This document shows positions 9,357 through 20,162 of a stretch of 64,000 bases of DNA, piece after piece. The DNA comes from an uncultured Chloroflexia bacterium. Its GTDB lineage: Bacteria; Chloroflexota; Limnocylindria; Limnocylindrales; CSP1-4. The translations under genes were made by a program, and so were the position numbers. The stretch is taken from NCBI GenBank assembly GCA_963840375.1, contig CAWIYR010000003.1, positions 218,299 to 282,298 on the forward strand, given 5' to 3'. Within the stretch, counting starts at the first letter, position 1. Every line of letters begins with the position of its first letter. Under the pieces are notes generated by a model that saw nothing but the letters and a program-made list of their open reading frames with translations, was not told the DNA's origin and searched no databases.

Positions 9357-12300
9357 ATGGCCCGAGCCGCCGTCCAGGGAGTCCCGGTGATGGAACAGCC
9401 CAAGTCCACCGGTCGGAAGACGCCGCACCGCCACCACGGCCCGTACGGGGTGAGCTTCAACGGCCAGAACCCGGACGGCAGCCCCGCCAGGGGCCTGACC
9501 TTCGAGCGGCGCTGGACCCGGCCGGGCGTCCATCCCTACGACGAGATCCGCTGGGAGACCCGGACCGCGACCATCGGCAACGAGTCGGGCAAGCTCGTCT
9601 TCGAGCAGAAGGACGTCGAGGTCCCGGAGTTCTGGAGCCAGCTGGCCACCAACGTCGTCGTCAGCAAGTACTTCCGCGGCCACCTCGGGCACGCCGGAGC
9701 GCGAGACGAGCGTCCGCCAGCTCATCGACCGGGTCGTCAACACGATCGCGGCCTGGGCCGAGACCCAGCGCTACTTCGCGACCGACGCGGACCTGCGAGA
9801 CGTTCAAGGCGGAGCTCACCCACCTCCTGGTCCACCAGAAGATGAGCTTCAACTCGCCGGTCTGGTTCAACGTGGGGATCGAGCAGAAGCCGCAGTGCTC
9901 GGCCTGCTTCATCAACTCGGTCCAGGACTCGATGTCCTCGCATCATGGACCTGGCCAAGACCGAGGCGATGCTCTTCAAGTTCGGCTCGGGCGCCGGCTC
10001 CAACCTCTCCCCCATCCGCTCCAGCCGGGAGAAGATGTCGGGCGGCGGCACGGCCAGCGGCCCGGTCAGCTTCATGAAGGGCTACGACGCCTTCGCCGGC
10101 GTGGTGAAGTCGGGCGGCAAGACCCGGCGCGCCGCCAAGATGGTCATCCTCGACGTCGACCACCCGGACATCCTCGACTTCATCGACTCGAAGAAGCACG
10201 AGGAGGAGAAGGCCTGGGCGCTCATCGAGATGGGCTACGACCCCAGCTTCACCGGCGAGGCCTACGGCTCGGTCTTCTTCCAGAACGCGAACCACAGCGT
10301 CCGGGTGACCGACGAGTTCATGCAGTCGGTGGTCGACGACCGCGACTGGACCACCCACGCCGTCGTCGACAAGAAGCCGATGGGCACCTACAAGGCGCCG
10401 CGACATCTTCCGCCGGATGGCCGACGCCGCCCACCTCTGCGGCGACCCCGGGATCCAGTACGACACGCACGATCAACGACTGGCACACCTCGCGCGAACA
10501 CGGACCGGATCTACGCCACGAACCCGTGCTCCGAGTACATGTTCCTCAACGACACGGCCTGCAACCTGGCCAGCCTCAACCTCATGAAGTTCGTCCGCGA
10601 GGACGGTGAGTTCGACGTCGAGGCCTACCGCTACGCCGCCGGCTGACGATCACCGCCCAGGAGATCCTCGTCGACAACGCGTGCTACCCGACGCCGCGGA
10701 TCGAGGAGAACTCCCATCGCTTCCGGCCGCTCGGGCTGGGCTACGCCAACCTCGGCGCGCTGCTCATGAGCCGCGGCCTGGCCTACGACAGCGACGAGGG
10801 CCGGGACTACGCCGCCGCCCTGACCGCGATCATGCACGGCGAGGCGTATCGCCAGAGCGCGATCATCGCCCGCGACCACGGCGGCCCGTTCGCCGAGTAC
10901 AAGGTCAACGAGCAGCCGTTCCTGCGGGTCATCGGCAAGCACCGCGACGCGGCCTACCGGATCCCGGCCGACCAGGCGTCCCGGCCGACCTGCTGGCGGC
11001 CGCCCGGGTCGTCTAGGACGAGGCCCTCGAGCTGGGGCCGGCAGCACGGCTACCGCAACGCCCAGGTCACCGTCCTGGCCCCGACCGGCACGATCGCCTT
11101 CATGATGGACTGCGACACCACCGGCATCGAGCCGGACATCGCCCTCATCAAGTACAAGAAGCTCGTCGGCGAGGGCTTCCTCAAGATCGTCAACCAGACG
11201 GTCCCGGCAGCGCTCAAGAAGCTCGGCTACGCGCCCGACCAGGTCGAGGAGATCCTCGCCTACGTCAACGAGCGCGAGACGATCGAGGGCGCCCCGCACG
11301 TCAAGCCCGAGCACCTGTCGGTCTTCGACTGCGCGTTCAAGCCGGTCAACGGCGAGCGGTCCATCCACTACATGGGCCACGTCCGGATGATGGCCGCCGT
11401 CCAGCCGTTCCTCTCGGGCGCGATCAGCAAGACCGTCAACATGCCCGAGGCCGCCACCACCGAGGAGATCGAGCAGGTCTACCTCGAGGGCTGGAAGCTG
11501 GGTCTCAAGGCGATCGCGATCTACCGCGACGGCTCCAAGCGCAGCCAGCCGCTGAGCACGGGCAAGAAGAAGGACGACGAGGCCGACGCCGGGGTCGTCG
11601 CCGAGCTCCGGGCCCAGCTCGCCGCGGCCCAGGCCGAGGCGAAGAAGCCCCACCGGCATCGGCTGCCGACCGAGCGGACCGCGATCACCCACAAGTTCGA
11701 CATCGCCGGCCACGAGGGCTACATCACGGTCGGGCTCTACCCGGACGGCCAGCCCGGCGAGATCTTCCTGAAGATGGCCAAGGAGGGCTCGACCGTGTCG
11801 GGCCTGATGGACACCTTCGCGACCTCGGTCAGCCTCGCCCTCCAGTACGGCGTGCCGCTGCGCGACCTGGTCAACAAGTTCGCCCACGTCCGGTTCGAGC
11901 CGAGCGGCTTCACCGGCAACCAGGAGATCCCGATCGCGAAGTCGATCGTCGACTACATCTTCCGCTGGATGGGCAGCCGCTTCCTGCCGGCCGACGAGAA
12001 GGCCCAGATCGGGCTGATCGACCGTGCCGCGGTGACGGACGCCCCGGCCGCCGGCGGGTTCGGTGGCGGCTTCGGTGGGTTCGCCTCACCGGCCGCTGAC
12101 GCCCGACGGCCGAGGAGGGCCCGTCGGCCATCGACGAGGCGGTCGAGCCGCCGTCCGACCGAACCGCGGGCGACCGCGGTCGCCGCCGAGCCGGCGCCGG
12201 TCGCCAAGGCGGCCCTGCCGGTCGTCGAGTCGGCTGCCACCAACGGTCACGCGAACGGCAACGGGAACGGCAAGGCCAACGGGAACGGCAACGGTCACGC

Positions 12301-12454
12301 CCTGAGCGCGATCACCGCCTCGCTCGGGACGACGAAGGTCTCCTTCACCGTCCAGGAGGACGCCCCCAGCTGCGCCGAGTGCGGCTCGATCATGGTCCGC
12401 AACGGCAGCTGCTACAAGTGCCTCAACTGCGGCAGCACGAGCGGCTGCAGCTGA
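9357..12454 (+). pseudogene. nrdJ: Adenosylcobalamin-dependent ribonucleoside-diphosphate reductase (class II RNR) NrdJ; as written it is broken by at least 8 frameshifts, probably sequencing or assembly indels rather than decay
   Basis: Strong SD (GGAGGAGAGAG) before the ATG at 9357. Conserved NrdJ sense (FEQKDVEVPEFWSQLATNVVVSKYFRG; ETFKAELTHLLVHQKMSFNSPVWFNVG; GSGAGSNLSPIRSSREKMSGGGTASGPVSFMKGYD; NPCSEYMFLNDTACNLASLNL; LAPTGTIAFMMDCDTTGIEPD; AIAIYRDGSKRSQPL; C-terminal CxxC...CxxC tail) jumps between all three forward frames at roughly 9695, 9800, 9940, 10400-10500 (two), 10640 and 10975-11035 (two). Confidence 0.85.
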
Positions 12455-12474
12455 ACCCCTCCCCGAACCAGCGA

Positions 12475-12504
12475 CCGAAGGCCGGGCGATGAGCCCGGCC
12501 TTCG
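12475..12504. terminator. GC-rich hairpin (11-bp perfect stem, 5-nt loop) between convergent nrdJ and the response regulator gene; likely bidirectional intrinsic terminator with no U-tract
   Basis: gaaggccgggc-gatga-gcccggccttc. Confidence 0.5.
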
Positions 12505-12570
12505 ACGTCGTAGCGGCCCGAGGTCTCGCGAGGCCACCCGGATCCCCGTCGGGGCCGACCCCCAGCCGAG

Positions 12571-13203
12571 CTAGAGCTGCGGCTCGAGCCAGCCTTTCTC
12601 TCGAGCGATCCGGGCAGCCTCCGCGCGGTTGCGGGCTCCGACCTTCTGGATGGCCGCCGACAGGTGGTTGCGGACCGTCCCCTCGGTGAGCGACATCGCG
12701 CCGGCGATCTCGGCGATCGTGCCGCGCTCACTGGACACGGCCAGGACCTCCCGTTCGCGGTCCGACAGCGGGTTGTCGCCGTCGGCGAGGGCATCGAGCG
12801 CGAGTCCAGGGTCGACCACCCGCTGACCCGCCGCGACCCGTCGGATCGCGACCGCCAGGTCCCCTGCCGGGGCGTCCTTGAGCACGAACCCGGTCGCGCC
12901 CGCCTCCATCGCCTGGCGAAGGTAGCCCGGCCGACCGAACGTCGTCATGATGAGGACACGACAGCCCGGGACCGCCCGACGCAGCGCCGCCGCGGCCGAC
13001 AGGCCGTCGAGCCCGGGCATCTCGATATCGAGGACGGCGACATCGGGTCGGCCCTCGAGGGCCGCTGGTACGACCTCGTCGCCGCGAGCGCACTGGGCCA
13101 CCACCTCGAGGTCGGGCTCCATCGACAGGAGGGCGGCGACGGCGCCGCGGACCATCGCCTGGTCCTCGGCGATCAGGACCCGGATCGACGACTGCCGACT
13201 CAT
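12571..13203 (-). CDS. Two-component response regulator, NarL/FixJ (LuxR-type HTH) family
   Basis: REC domain (IRVLIAEDQAMVR...DVAVLDIEMPGLDG) plus C-terminal LuxR HTH (LSDREREVLAVSSERGTIAEIAGAMSLTEGTVRNHL). Confidence 0.9.
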   Translation of the reverse strand: MSRQSSIRVLIAEDQAMVRGAVAALLSMEPDLEVVAQCARGDEVVPAALEGRPDVAVLDIEMPGLDGLSAAAALRRAVPGCRVLIMTTFGRPGYLRQAMEAGATGFVLKDAPAGDLAVAIRRVAAGQRVVDPGLALDALADGDNPLSDREREVLAVSSERGTIAEIAGAMSLTEGTVRNHLSAAIQKVGARNRAEAARIAREKGWLEPQL

Positions 13204-14327
13204 CCCAGGGCCCCTTCACCGTCGGACACCGGTACCCTCGCCAGCAGCCGGTAGCCACCCGTCGGGAGGGGGCCGGCCTCGAGACGGCCGCCGACGAGCT
13301 CGAGCCGCTCATGCAGACCGCGCAGCCCGGATCCGCCGTCCGCATCCCCATTCGCCGCTCGGGCCGGAGCGCCAGGTCCGCCGGCTCCCGGGCCATCGTC
13401 GACGACCTCGAGCTCGACGGACCCGCCACGCCGCTCGGTCCGGATCGATCCGTGCCGTGCCGCGCTGTGGCGGACCACGTTCGTGACGGCCTCGCGGACG
13501 GCCCAGGCGAGGATGGCATCCTCCGGGGCCGGCAACGTCCCGGCACGATTCTCGATGCGCGGCTCGATGCCCGCGGCCTCCAGGGCCCGCCGAGCGCCCG
13601 CGAGCTCGGCGTCGAGGGTCGGCTGGTGATAACCGCGGACGGTCTCGCGTACCGAGGCGAGCGACTCGCGGGCGACCTGCTCGATGTCGGCGATCTCGGC
13701 CCGGGCCCGCTCGGGGTCGCCGGGGAGCAGCCGGCCGGCGAGCTCGCTCTTGATCGCGATGAGCGACAGGCTGTGGCCCAGCATGTCGTGGAGGTCGCGG
13801 GCGATCCGGTCGCGCTCCTCGGCGACCGCGGCGGCGGCCAGCTCTCGTCGGGCGGCATGCAGCTGGAGGTTCGTCCGGCGAAGCGCAGTGGCCGAGAAGA
13901 CCGTGAGCCCGATCGTGGAGATCGAGACCCCCTGGAGGAAGGCCCCGGCTGCGTCGCCGGTCGACTGCTGGAAGCTCAGCCCGCCAAGGATCCCCGCGAC
14001 GACGATGAGGACGATCGCGCGCCGATCCGGCTGGAGCAGGCTGGCTGCCGTCGACGCGTAGTAGAAGAGGACGATCCACCCGGCCGAAGGGTCGTGGAGG
14101 GACGCCCCCGTCGCGATCAGGATGAGCGCCACGTCGGCGAGCGCCGCGATGGGGCTCGATCGCCAGCGGTGCCCGGCAGCGCGGCGGGCGAGTCCGCCGA
14201 GCAGGCCGGCGAAGATCGCGGCGGCCGCCAGGACCAGGATCGCGTCGACCGGCTCCGTCGGGGTGGAGAGGACGCGGATGACCGGGTAGGCGATGAACAG
14301 GAGGCCCGCGAACCGGAAGAACGGCAT
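13200..14327 (-). CDS. Sensor histidine kinase (HisKA_3/NarX-DesK type) with an N-terminal multi-TM sensor
   Basis: ATG at 14327 (MPFFRFAGLLFIAY...); H-box ERDRIARDLHDMLGHSLS; HATPase_c GxGxG region; 4-bp ATGA overlap with the downstream response regulator. Confidence 0.85.
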   Translation of the reverse strand: MPFFRFAGLLFIAYPVIRVLSTPTEPVDAILVLAAAAIFAGLLGGLARRAAGHRWRSSPIAALADVALILIATGASLHDPSAGWIVLFYYASTAASLLQPDRRAIVLIVVAGILGGLSFQQSTGDAAGAFLQGVSISTIGLTVFSATALRRTNLQLHAARRELAAAAVAEERDRIARDLHDMLGHSLSLIAIKSELAGRLLPGDPERARAEIADIEQVARESLASVRETVRGYHQPTLDAELAGARRALEAAGIEPRIENRAGTLPAPEDAILAWAVREAVTNVVRHSAARHGSIRTERRGGSVELEVVDDGPGAGGPGAPARAANGDADGGSGLRGLHERLELVGGRLEAGPLPTGGYRLLARVPVSDGEGALG

Positions 14328-14355
14328 CCCGCTGCCCGCCCGGGGCAGCGCCTCG

Positions 14356-15147
14356 TCAGGCACCGGAGCCCGCCTCCGAGGTCCGGTACCGCCAGACGAC
14401 GAGCGCGCCGAAGATCGCGGCGTACGCGCCGAGGACCGCCAGGTCGATCGGGGACGGCGGCTGGCCGGTGACCGCTGCCCGGCCGAGGTCGGCCAGCCGG
14501 AACGACGGCAGCATGCGACCAATGGTAGCCAACGCGTCCGGGAACGACGAGAGCGGTGCCCATAGTCCGCCGAGGATCGACAGCGCGAAGAAGCAGATCA
14601 TCATCGCGCCCTGGGCGCTGTCGGCGTCGAAGACGTAGCCGATGAGCAGGCCCAGGGCCGCGAACGGCAGCGAGCCGAGCACGAGCGAGCAGAAGACCTG
14701 GACCCAGTCGGCGGCGGACAGGCGGACGTTGTCGACGAGGAAGCCGGCCAGCAGGACCGCGGCGACCGCGGGGACCGTGACGACGTAGGCCACCAACAGC
14801 TTGGCCGACACGTAGCCGACCGCCGACAGGGGGGTCACGCGGAGCTGGCGGGCCCAGCCCGAGGCGCGCTCCTGGGCGATGATCACCGCGCCGCCGAGGG
14901 CCGCCGCGATGGACGCATAGGCCGCCATCGAGACCATGAAGTAGGTTCCCCAGGTGGTCCCGTCGATGGGCGCGTCGGCCCGGGCGGCCCCCTGCGAGAG
15001 CACGCCCGTGTAGAGCAGATAGAAGACGGTGGGGAAGGCCACTGCGAACAGCAGGTAGCGCCGGTTCCGGAGGGCTCGCCGGAATTCGAGGCGGACGAAC
15101 GCCGCGAACGGTGGCAGCGCGCCGGGACGGTCGACACTGGCGATCAT
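14356..15147 (-). CDS. ABC-2 type transporter permease
   Basis: Six predicted TM segments and typical ABC-2 permease composition; 4-bp overlap with the upstream ATPase gene. Confidence 0.8.
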   Translation of the reverse strand: MIASVDRPGALPPFAAFVRLEFRRALRNRRYLLFAVAFPTVFYLLYTGVLSQGAARADAPIDGTTWGTYFMVSMAAYASIAAALGGAVIIAQERASGWARQLRVTPLSAVGYVSAKLLVAYVVTVPAVAAVLLAGFLVDNVRLSAADWVQVFCSLVLGSLPFAALGLLIGYVFDADSAQGAMMICFFALSILGGLWAPLSSFPDALATIGRMLPSFRLADLGRAAVTGQPPSPIDLAVLGAYAAIFGALVVWRYRTSEAGSGA

Positions 15148-16169
15148 CGTTCTCCTCTCTCTGGGTGGTCGCGGTCGGTCAGGGCGAGGAAGGCGTCCTC
15201 GAGTCCGGCGCTCCGGACTTCGAGATCGCGGACGTGGAGGCCGGCGACGTACAGGGCCCGGACGGTCGCGTCGGCGTCGTCGCTGGCCAGCTGCACGGCC
15301 GTCCCGTGGATCTCGACGGCGGTGACGCCGGGGAGCTCGGCCAGGGTCGCGGCATCCGGAGCGCCGGACGTCGCCAGGTCGAACCTGACGGTACGGCCGG
15401 TGACCTGCCCCCGGATCGCCCGGCCGGTCCCGTCGGCGACCACCCGGCCCCGGTCGAGGACGACGACCCGGTCGGCGACCTGGTCGGCCTCCTCCAGATA
15501 GTGGGTCGCGAACAGGATGGTCCGGCCCTCATCGGCCGAGCGCCGCATGTCGGCCCAGAAGGATCGCCGGGTCTCGACGTCCATGGCCACCGTCGGCTCA
15601 TCCAGGAAGACCAGATCCGGGTCGCCCGCGATCGCCAGGGCGAACCGGACGCGTTGCGCCTCACCTCCGGACAGCCGATCCGCGGTCCGGTCGACGAGTC
15701 CGCCGAGTCCGGTCCGCTCCAGGAGCGCCTCCCGAGCGAGCGGGTTCGGATACAGGCGACGGGCGAAGTCGACGAGCTCGCCGACCCGGACGTTGGCGGG
15801 CAGCGCCGCCTGCTGGAGCATCGCCCCGACGCGGCCGCTCGCGAGCGCGGCCCGGGGCGCCAGTCCGAGCGTCGTGACCCGACCTTCGGTCGGCTCGAGC
15901 AGACCGAGCATGAGTCCGATCGCGGTGGACTTGCCGGCACCGTTCGGGCCGAGCAGGGCGACGGTCTCGCCCGACGCGATCGACAGGTCGAGCGAATCGA
16001 GCGCGGTGACCTCGCCGAACCGGCGGGTCACCCCGCTGAACCCGATCGCGCCGGAGGCGATGGCCTGCTGGGTCCTCGCGGCGACCGGCATCGGCGATGG
16101 AAGGGTGGAACCCTGCATGAGCGGTACCTCGTGGGGGCGAGTGGTCATGCCAGGAGTCTCGCCCTCCAC
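15144..16169 (-). CDS. ABC transporter ATP-binding protein
   Basis: Walker A GPNGAGKST, signature LSGGEAQRV, Walker B LVFLDEPT; the start is either 16169 or the MTTRP ATG at 16148. Confidence 0.85.
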   Translation of the reverse strand: MEGETPGMTTRPHEVPLMQGSTLPSPMPVAARTQQAIASGAIGFSGVTRRFGEVTALDSLDLSIASGETVALLGPNGAGKSTAIGLMLGLLEPTEGRVTTLGLAPRAALASGRVGAMLQQAALPANVRVGELVDFARRLYPNPLAREALLERTGLGGLVDRTADRLSGGEAQRVRFALAIAGDPDLVFLDEPTVAMDVETRRSFWADMRRSADEGRTILFATHYLEEADQVADRVVVLDRGRVVADGTGRAIRGQVTGRTVRFDLATSGAPDAATLAELPGVTAVEIHGTAVQLASDDADATVRALYVAGLHVRDLEVRSAGLEDAFLALTDRDHPERGER

Positions 16170-16291
16170 CCCCTCGAGTCGAAGTCACGCCCATCCGGAA
16201 CCCGTCGTTACGCCGCCGGATGCGTCGGCGTGACGCGTGTCATGCCGACGCAGGAGGGCGCACCTGCGGCGCGTCGTCGGGTGTCAGCCCG

Positions 16292-16726
16292 TCAAGGCAG
16301 GTCCGGCGTCCGATCGCGGGCCATCAGGATCGCCACCCGCTCCTCTCGCGACATCGCCGCGACCCGGGCCGCCTCACGAGCGAGTGCCTCGAGCTGCACC
16401 TCGGGGATCGGGTCGCCTTCGCGGTAGGTGACGAAGCGGACCTTGCGGAGTCCGAGATGGGCGCCCTCGAGGAGCCGCTCCGGGTCGGACAGGTAGGTGC
16501 CCACCTCGAAACCGAGATGGACGTGGATCGGCTCGGGCGCGACGTAGGCGAAGTAGACCGTCCGGCGCCCGACCGGGAGGTCGTAGCCGATGAGTCGCCA
16601 GCCCGGGCGGACCCGTTCCACGGCCTCGGGTGCCGCCCGCCGAACGATCGCCCGAAGCCGGTCGGCAGCGGCATGGATCCGGTCCGGGTAGGACTCGAGG
16701 AAGAGGTCGGGCGGGATCGGGTCCAT
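16292..16726 (-). CDS. DUF1801 (YdhG-like) domain protein
   Basis: The sequence from MDPIPPDLFLESYPDRIHAAADRLRAIVRR... to ...TYREGDPIPEVQLEALAREAA is typical of DUF1801; ATG at 16726 by in-frame arithmetic. Confidence 0.7.
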   Translation of the reverse strand: MDPIPPDLFLESYPDRIHAAADRLRAIVRRAAPEAVERVRPGWRLIGYDLPVGRRTVYFAYVAPEPIHVHLGFEVGTYLSDPERLLEGAHLGLRKVRFVTYREGDPIPEVQLEALAREAARVAAMSREERVAILMARDRTPDLP

Positions 16727-16770
16727 GGCAGCGTCATGATGCACCGGGTCGGTTCCGGCACAATCGGCCG

Positions 16771-17880
16771 GTGACCGCCGACGTCCTGAGCCTGCGGGCC
16801 CTGAACCGGGCGACCCTGGAGCGCCAGTCCCTGCTCCGGCGGTCGGCGATGACACCGCTCGAGGCGGTGCGGCACCTCGTCGGGTTGCAGGCCCAACTGC
16901 CGCTGAACCCGTACCTCGGCCTGTGGTCCCGGATCGAGGGCTTCGATCCGGCCGAGCTCGGCCGGCTGATGGAGGATCGGCAGGTCGTCCGCGCGCCGGT
17001 CATGCGATCGACGATCCACCTCGTCACGGCGGACGATTGCCTGCCCCTGCGCGCCCTTGCCCAGCCGGCCCTCGATCGCCAGCTCGAGCGCCATCGCGAG
17101 TACGCGCCCAGGCTCCGGGACGTGGACGCCGACGCGGTCATCGCGTTCGCCACGCCGCTGCTCGAGCGACCCCACACGCTCGCCCAGCTCCGCGCGGCCC
17201 TCAAGGGGCAGTTCCCCGACCGCGACCCCGCAGCCCTCAGCCTCCTCTGTCGCAACCGGCTGACCCTCGTCCAGGTCCCACCACGCGGCGTGTGGGGACG
17301 GACGGCGCCGATCACCGTGGCTACGGCGGAGGCGTGGACCGGCCGGGCGCGGCCCGGGCGTCCGTCGATCGACGGGGTCGTCCTCCGCTACCTCGCCGCC
17401 TACGGTCCGTCCTCGGTCGCCGACGTCGCCGCATGGTTCGGGCTCACCGGGCTGCGCGAGGTGCTCGAGCGGCTCCGGCCTCGACTGCGCACGTTCCGCG
17501 ACCCGAAGGGCCGCGAGCTCTTCGACCTGCCGGACGCGTCACGACCCGACCCGGACAGCCCCGCCCCGGTCCGCTTCCTGCCCGAGTACGACAACGTCCT
17601 GCTCTCCCACGCTGACCGGTCACGGTTCGGGTTCGACGCCGTGGCCGCGGCGTGGATCGCGCCGCCGGTCCAGGGGACGACACTCCACGACGGCCGGGTC
17701 ATCGGGACCTAGTCGATCGAGCGCGACCGCGGCGCCGGGCGGTCGACCCTGACGATCCGGGCGATGGCCCCGCTGACGACGGCCGCGACGGCGGAGGTCG
17801 AAACGGAGGGCCTCGCCCTCCTCGGCCTCCTCGAGCCGTCGGCCGTGGCCCACGCCGTCCGGTTCGCCGCGCTGGCCTGA
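16771..17880 (+). CDS. Winged-helix DNA-binding protein of the YcaQ/DUF1006-like family (crosslink-repair glycosylase-like), interrupted by an in-frame TAG at 17710-17712
   Basis: GTG at 16771. Family sense continues for 55 codons beyond the TAG (...HDGRVIGT*SIERDRGAGRSTLTIRAMAPL...AVRFAALA) to a TGA at 17878-17880. The TAG sits where a Trp (TGG) would be expected. Confidence 0.6.
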
Positions 17881-18059
17881 CCGGGCTCGGTCGACCGCGC
17901 CCGACCTGGCGGCCGCCGCTCGTCGAAGACCGACGGGTCGGGGTCGGCGGCCCCCAGAAGCGGCATGGTCTCGGCTCGATCCGCCGTCGCCTGACATCAT
18001 GACGTCGCCGGCCACGCGATACTTGGGGGCCTCACCCCCGTCCGGTCCAGGGAGCACGA

Positions 18060-18653
18060 GTGGATCAGCTGATCGGGAACGGCTGGCGCGCGATCGGCGT
18101 GCTCCTGGCGGCGGCCCTGCCGGCCATGGCCGTGTGGACCGTCCTGACCGCCAGCCGCGCTCGACGGCTCGATCGGATGACGGCGATGCGGTCGTCGGCG
18201 CTCGACGTCGGGGTGGGCTGGTCGCTCGTGGTGATCGCGGTCGTCGGGCTTCGGCCGGGCTTCGGCGAGACGCCCGACTGGGGCCAGTGGAACCTCGTGC
18301 CGTTCGTCGACCTGCTGCGCAGCCTCCGCCAGGCGGACTGGGTGCGCGAGATCGCGATCGCGAACCTCGTCGGCAACGTCCTCTTCTTCGTGCCGTGGGG
18401 GATCGCGGCCGGCCTGCGCTTCCCGACCATGCGCTGGTGGCTCCTCATCGCCGCGACCGCGGCGCTCTCGCTGGCCGTCGAGATCGGTCAGGCGGTCGAG
18501 GCGAGCGGACGGATCTCGGATGTCACCGACGTCCTGATGAACACGCTCGGCGGTGCGATCGGGTTCGGCCTGGTCCGTCTCGCCCAGCTGCTCCAGCGCC
18601 GCCGGGTCGCCGCCCGACGGGCGGCTACACGAACAGCGCCACCAGGGCGATGA
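18060..18653 (+). CDS. VanZ-like family membrane protein
   Basis: NLVPFVDLLRS...NLVGNVLFFVPWG...EIGQAVEASGRISDVTDVLMNTLGG are VanZ motifs; GGGAG lies 6 nt before the GTG start. Confidence 0.75.
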   Translation: MDQLIGNGWRAIGVLLAAALPAMAVWTVLTASRARRLDRMTAMRSSALDVGVGWSLVVIAVVGLRPGFGETPDWGQWNLVPFVDLLRSLRQADWVREIAIANLVGNVLFFVPWGIAAGLRFPTMRWWLLIAATAALSLAVEIGQAVEASGRISDVTDVLMNTLGGAIGFGLVRLAQLLQRRRVAARRAATRTAPPGR

Positions 18654-19002
18654 GCGGTGGCACGGCCTGGATGAGCCCCGACCGGACGAAGCGCCGGTCG
18701 GAAGCCATCAGCACGATCCCGGCGGCGGCCATCGAACCGCAGGCCAGCAGGACGAGCGCCCGACCGGCTTCGACGTAGCCGAGGTTCGCGGCGATCACCC
18801 CGCCGATCGCGCCGATCGCGAGGAACAGGTTGTAGAAGCCCTGGTTGAAGGCCATCGGGCGAAGGAGCTCGGCGTCGGCCTGCGACCCGACGAGGAACCG
18901 GCGCCAGGTGGCCGGTCTCGTGAACGTCACGCTCTCGAGATAGAAGAAGAAGACGTGGATGAGCGCCGCGACGACGGCGAAGATCTCGGTGAGGGGACTC
19001 AT
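18625..19002 (-). CDS. DUF1304 family small membrane protein
   Basis: Four hydrophobic segments with typical DUF1304 length and composition; the 3' end overlaps VanZ by 29 nt (convergent). Confidence 0.6.
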   Translation of the reverse strand: MSPLTEIFAVVAALIHVFFFYLESVTFTRPATWRRFLVGSQADAELLRPMAFNQGFYNLFLAIGAIGGVIAANLGYVEAGRALVLLACGSMAAAGIVLMASDRRFVRSGLIQAVPPLIALVALFV

Positions 19003-19038
19003 CGGGGCATCGTAGCGGCCGACGTCACCGGGATGTCT

Positions 19039-19464
19039 TCAGGCCCAGTCGCCGAGACCTGAGACCTTCTCGACGGCGACCCGGATGACGAACCCGGGCG
19101 GCGGATCCGCCATCGGCGGGAACCGGACATCCGGGCCGAGGTAGACATGGGCCAGGCGCTGAAGCAGCTCCGGCGCGCCACTCTCGGTCACCCGGGCACG
19201 GCCGCGCAGGACGAGGTAGCGGTCGAGACCGTATTCGTCGCGTCCGGGTGCCTGGAACGAGAGGGCGATCCGGGGATCCGCCCGAAGGTTGCGCAGCTTG
19301 CGCTGGTCGCCGAGGGTGCCGATGACGATCTCGTCGTCCTCGACCCCGACCCAGGCCATCGAGACGTCCGGATCGCCGTGGCCGTTGATCGTCACGACGT
19401 GGGCGAGCGGACCGGTGGCGAGGAAGTCGACCACGGAACGAGGCAGGGGCGTCATGACCCGCAT
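19039..19464 (-). CDS. Pyridoxamine 5'-phosphate oxidase-like / F420-dependent (PPOX class) protein
   Basis: LAHVVTINGHGDPDVSMAWVGVEDDEIVIGT...RADPRIALSF... resembles the TIGR03618-type split-barrel fold. Confidence 0.65.
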   Translation of the reverse strand: MRVMTPLPRSVVDFLATGPLAHVVTINGHGDPDVSMAWVGVEDDEIVIGTLGDQRKLRNLRADPRIALSFQAPGRDEYGLDRYLVLRGRARVTESGAPELLQRLAHVYLGPDVRFPPMADPPPGFVIRVAVEKVSGLGDWA

Positions 19465-19479
19465 CCTACCGCCCGGGCG

Positions 19480-19962
19480 TCAGCCCGCCGGGTCGGCCTC
19501 CGGCGCGGTCACGTCGGCGACCGTCGCATCGAGCGCACGGACGAGGTCGGTCGGGGCGAGGTGGACGTTCACTCCCCTTGCGCCGCCCCCGATCGCGACG
19601 ACCGCTCGTTCGAGGATCGAGGCGTCGGCGACGACCGGCCAGGCGCGACTGGCGCCGAACGGGGTGATCGCGTAGCGGACGTAGCCGGTCACGGCGAGCG
19701 CCGCATCCGCGTCGGGCAGCGAGAGCCGGTTCACCCCGAGATGGGCGCGGAGCTTCGGCCAGTCGAACCGACGGCCGGCCGGCACGAGGACGAAGACGTA
19801 GTCGTCCTCACCGCGCCGGACGATGATCGTTCGGAGGAGCGAGCCCAGCTCGATCCCCTGCATCGCTGCGCTCTCCTCCGCGCTGCCGGCGGGCTCGGTC
19901 CGGACGACCCGGTACGGGACGTCGACGCCGGCGAGGGCCGGCAGGGTATCGGGGTCGATCAT
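19480..19962 (-). CDS. YbaK/ProX-type aminoacyl-tRNA deacylase domain protein
   Basis: ...YVFVLVPAGRRFDWPKLRAHLGVNRLSLPDADAALAVTGYVRYAITPFG... is a YbaK-like editing domain. Confidence 0.7.
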   Translation of the reverse strand: MIDPDTLPALAGVDVPYRVVRTEPAGSAEESAAMQGIELGSLLRTIIVRRGEDDYVFVLVPAGRRFDWPKLRAHLGVNRLSLPDADAALAVTGYVRYAITPFGASRAWPVVADASILERAVVAIGGGARGVNVHLAPTDLVRALDATVADVTAPEADPAG

Positions 19963-20162
19963 CGGGCGATGGTAGCGGGCATCGGGCGGGGGAGCGCGGC
20001 TCGAGGAGGGCCGCCGCGGTCGCTCCGGTATGACGTACGCCCGCCTGGTGGTGGCCTGTCAAGAACGAGGCCGTCCAGAGGGTTCGAAGGGCACGGGCAG
20101 CCTGTTCAGGTTCGGGAGCCGCCGCACGGCCCGGACCGGCGGAGCCGCACCACTGGACCCCC

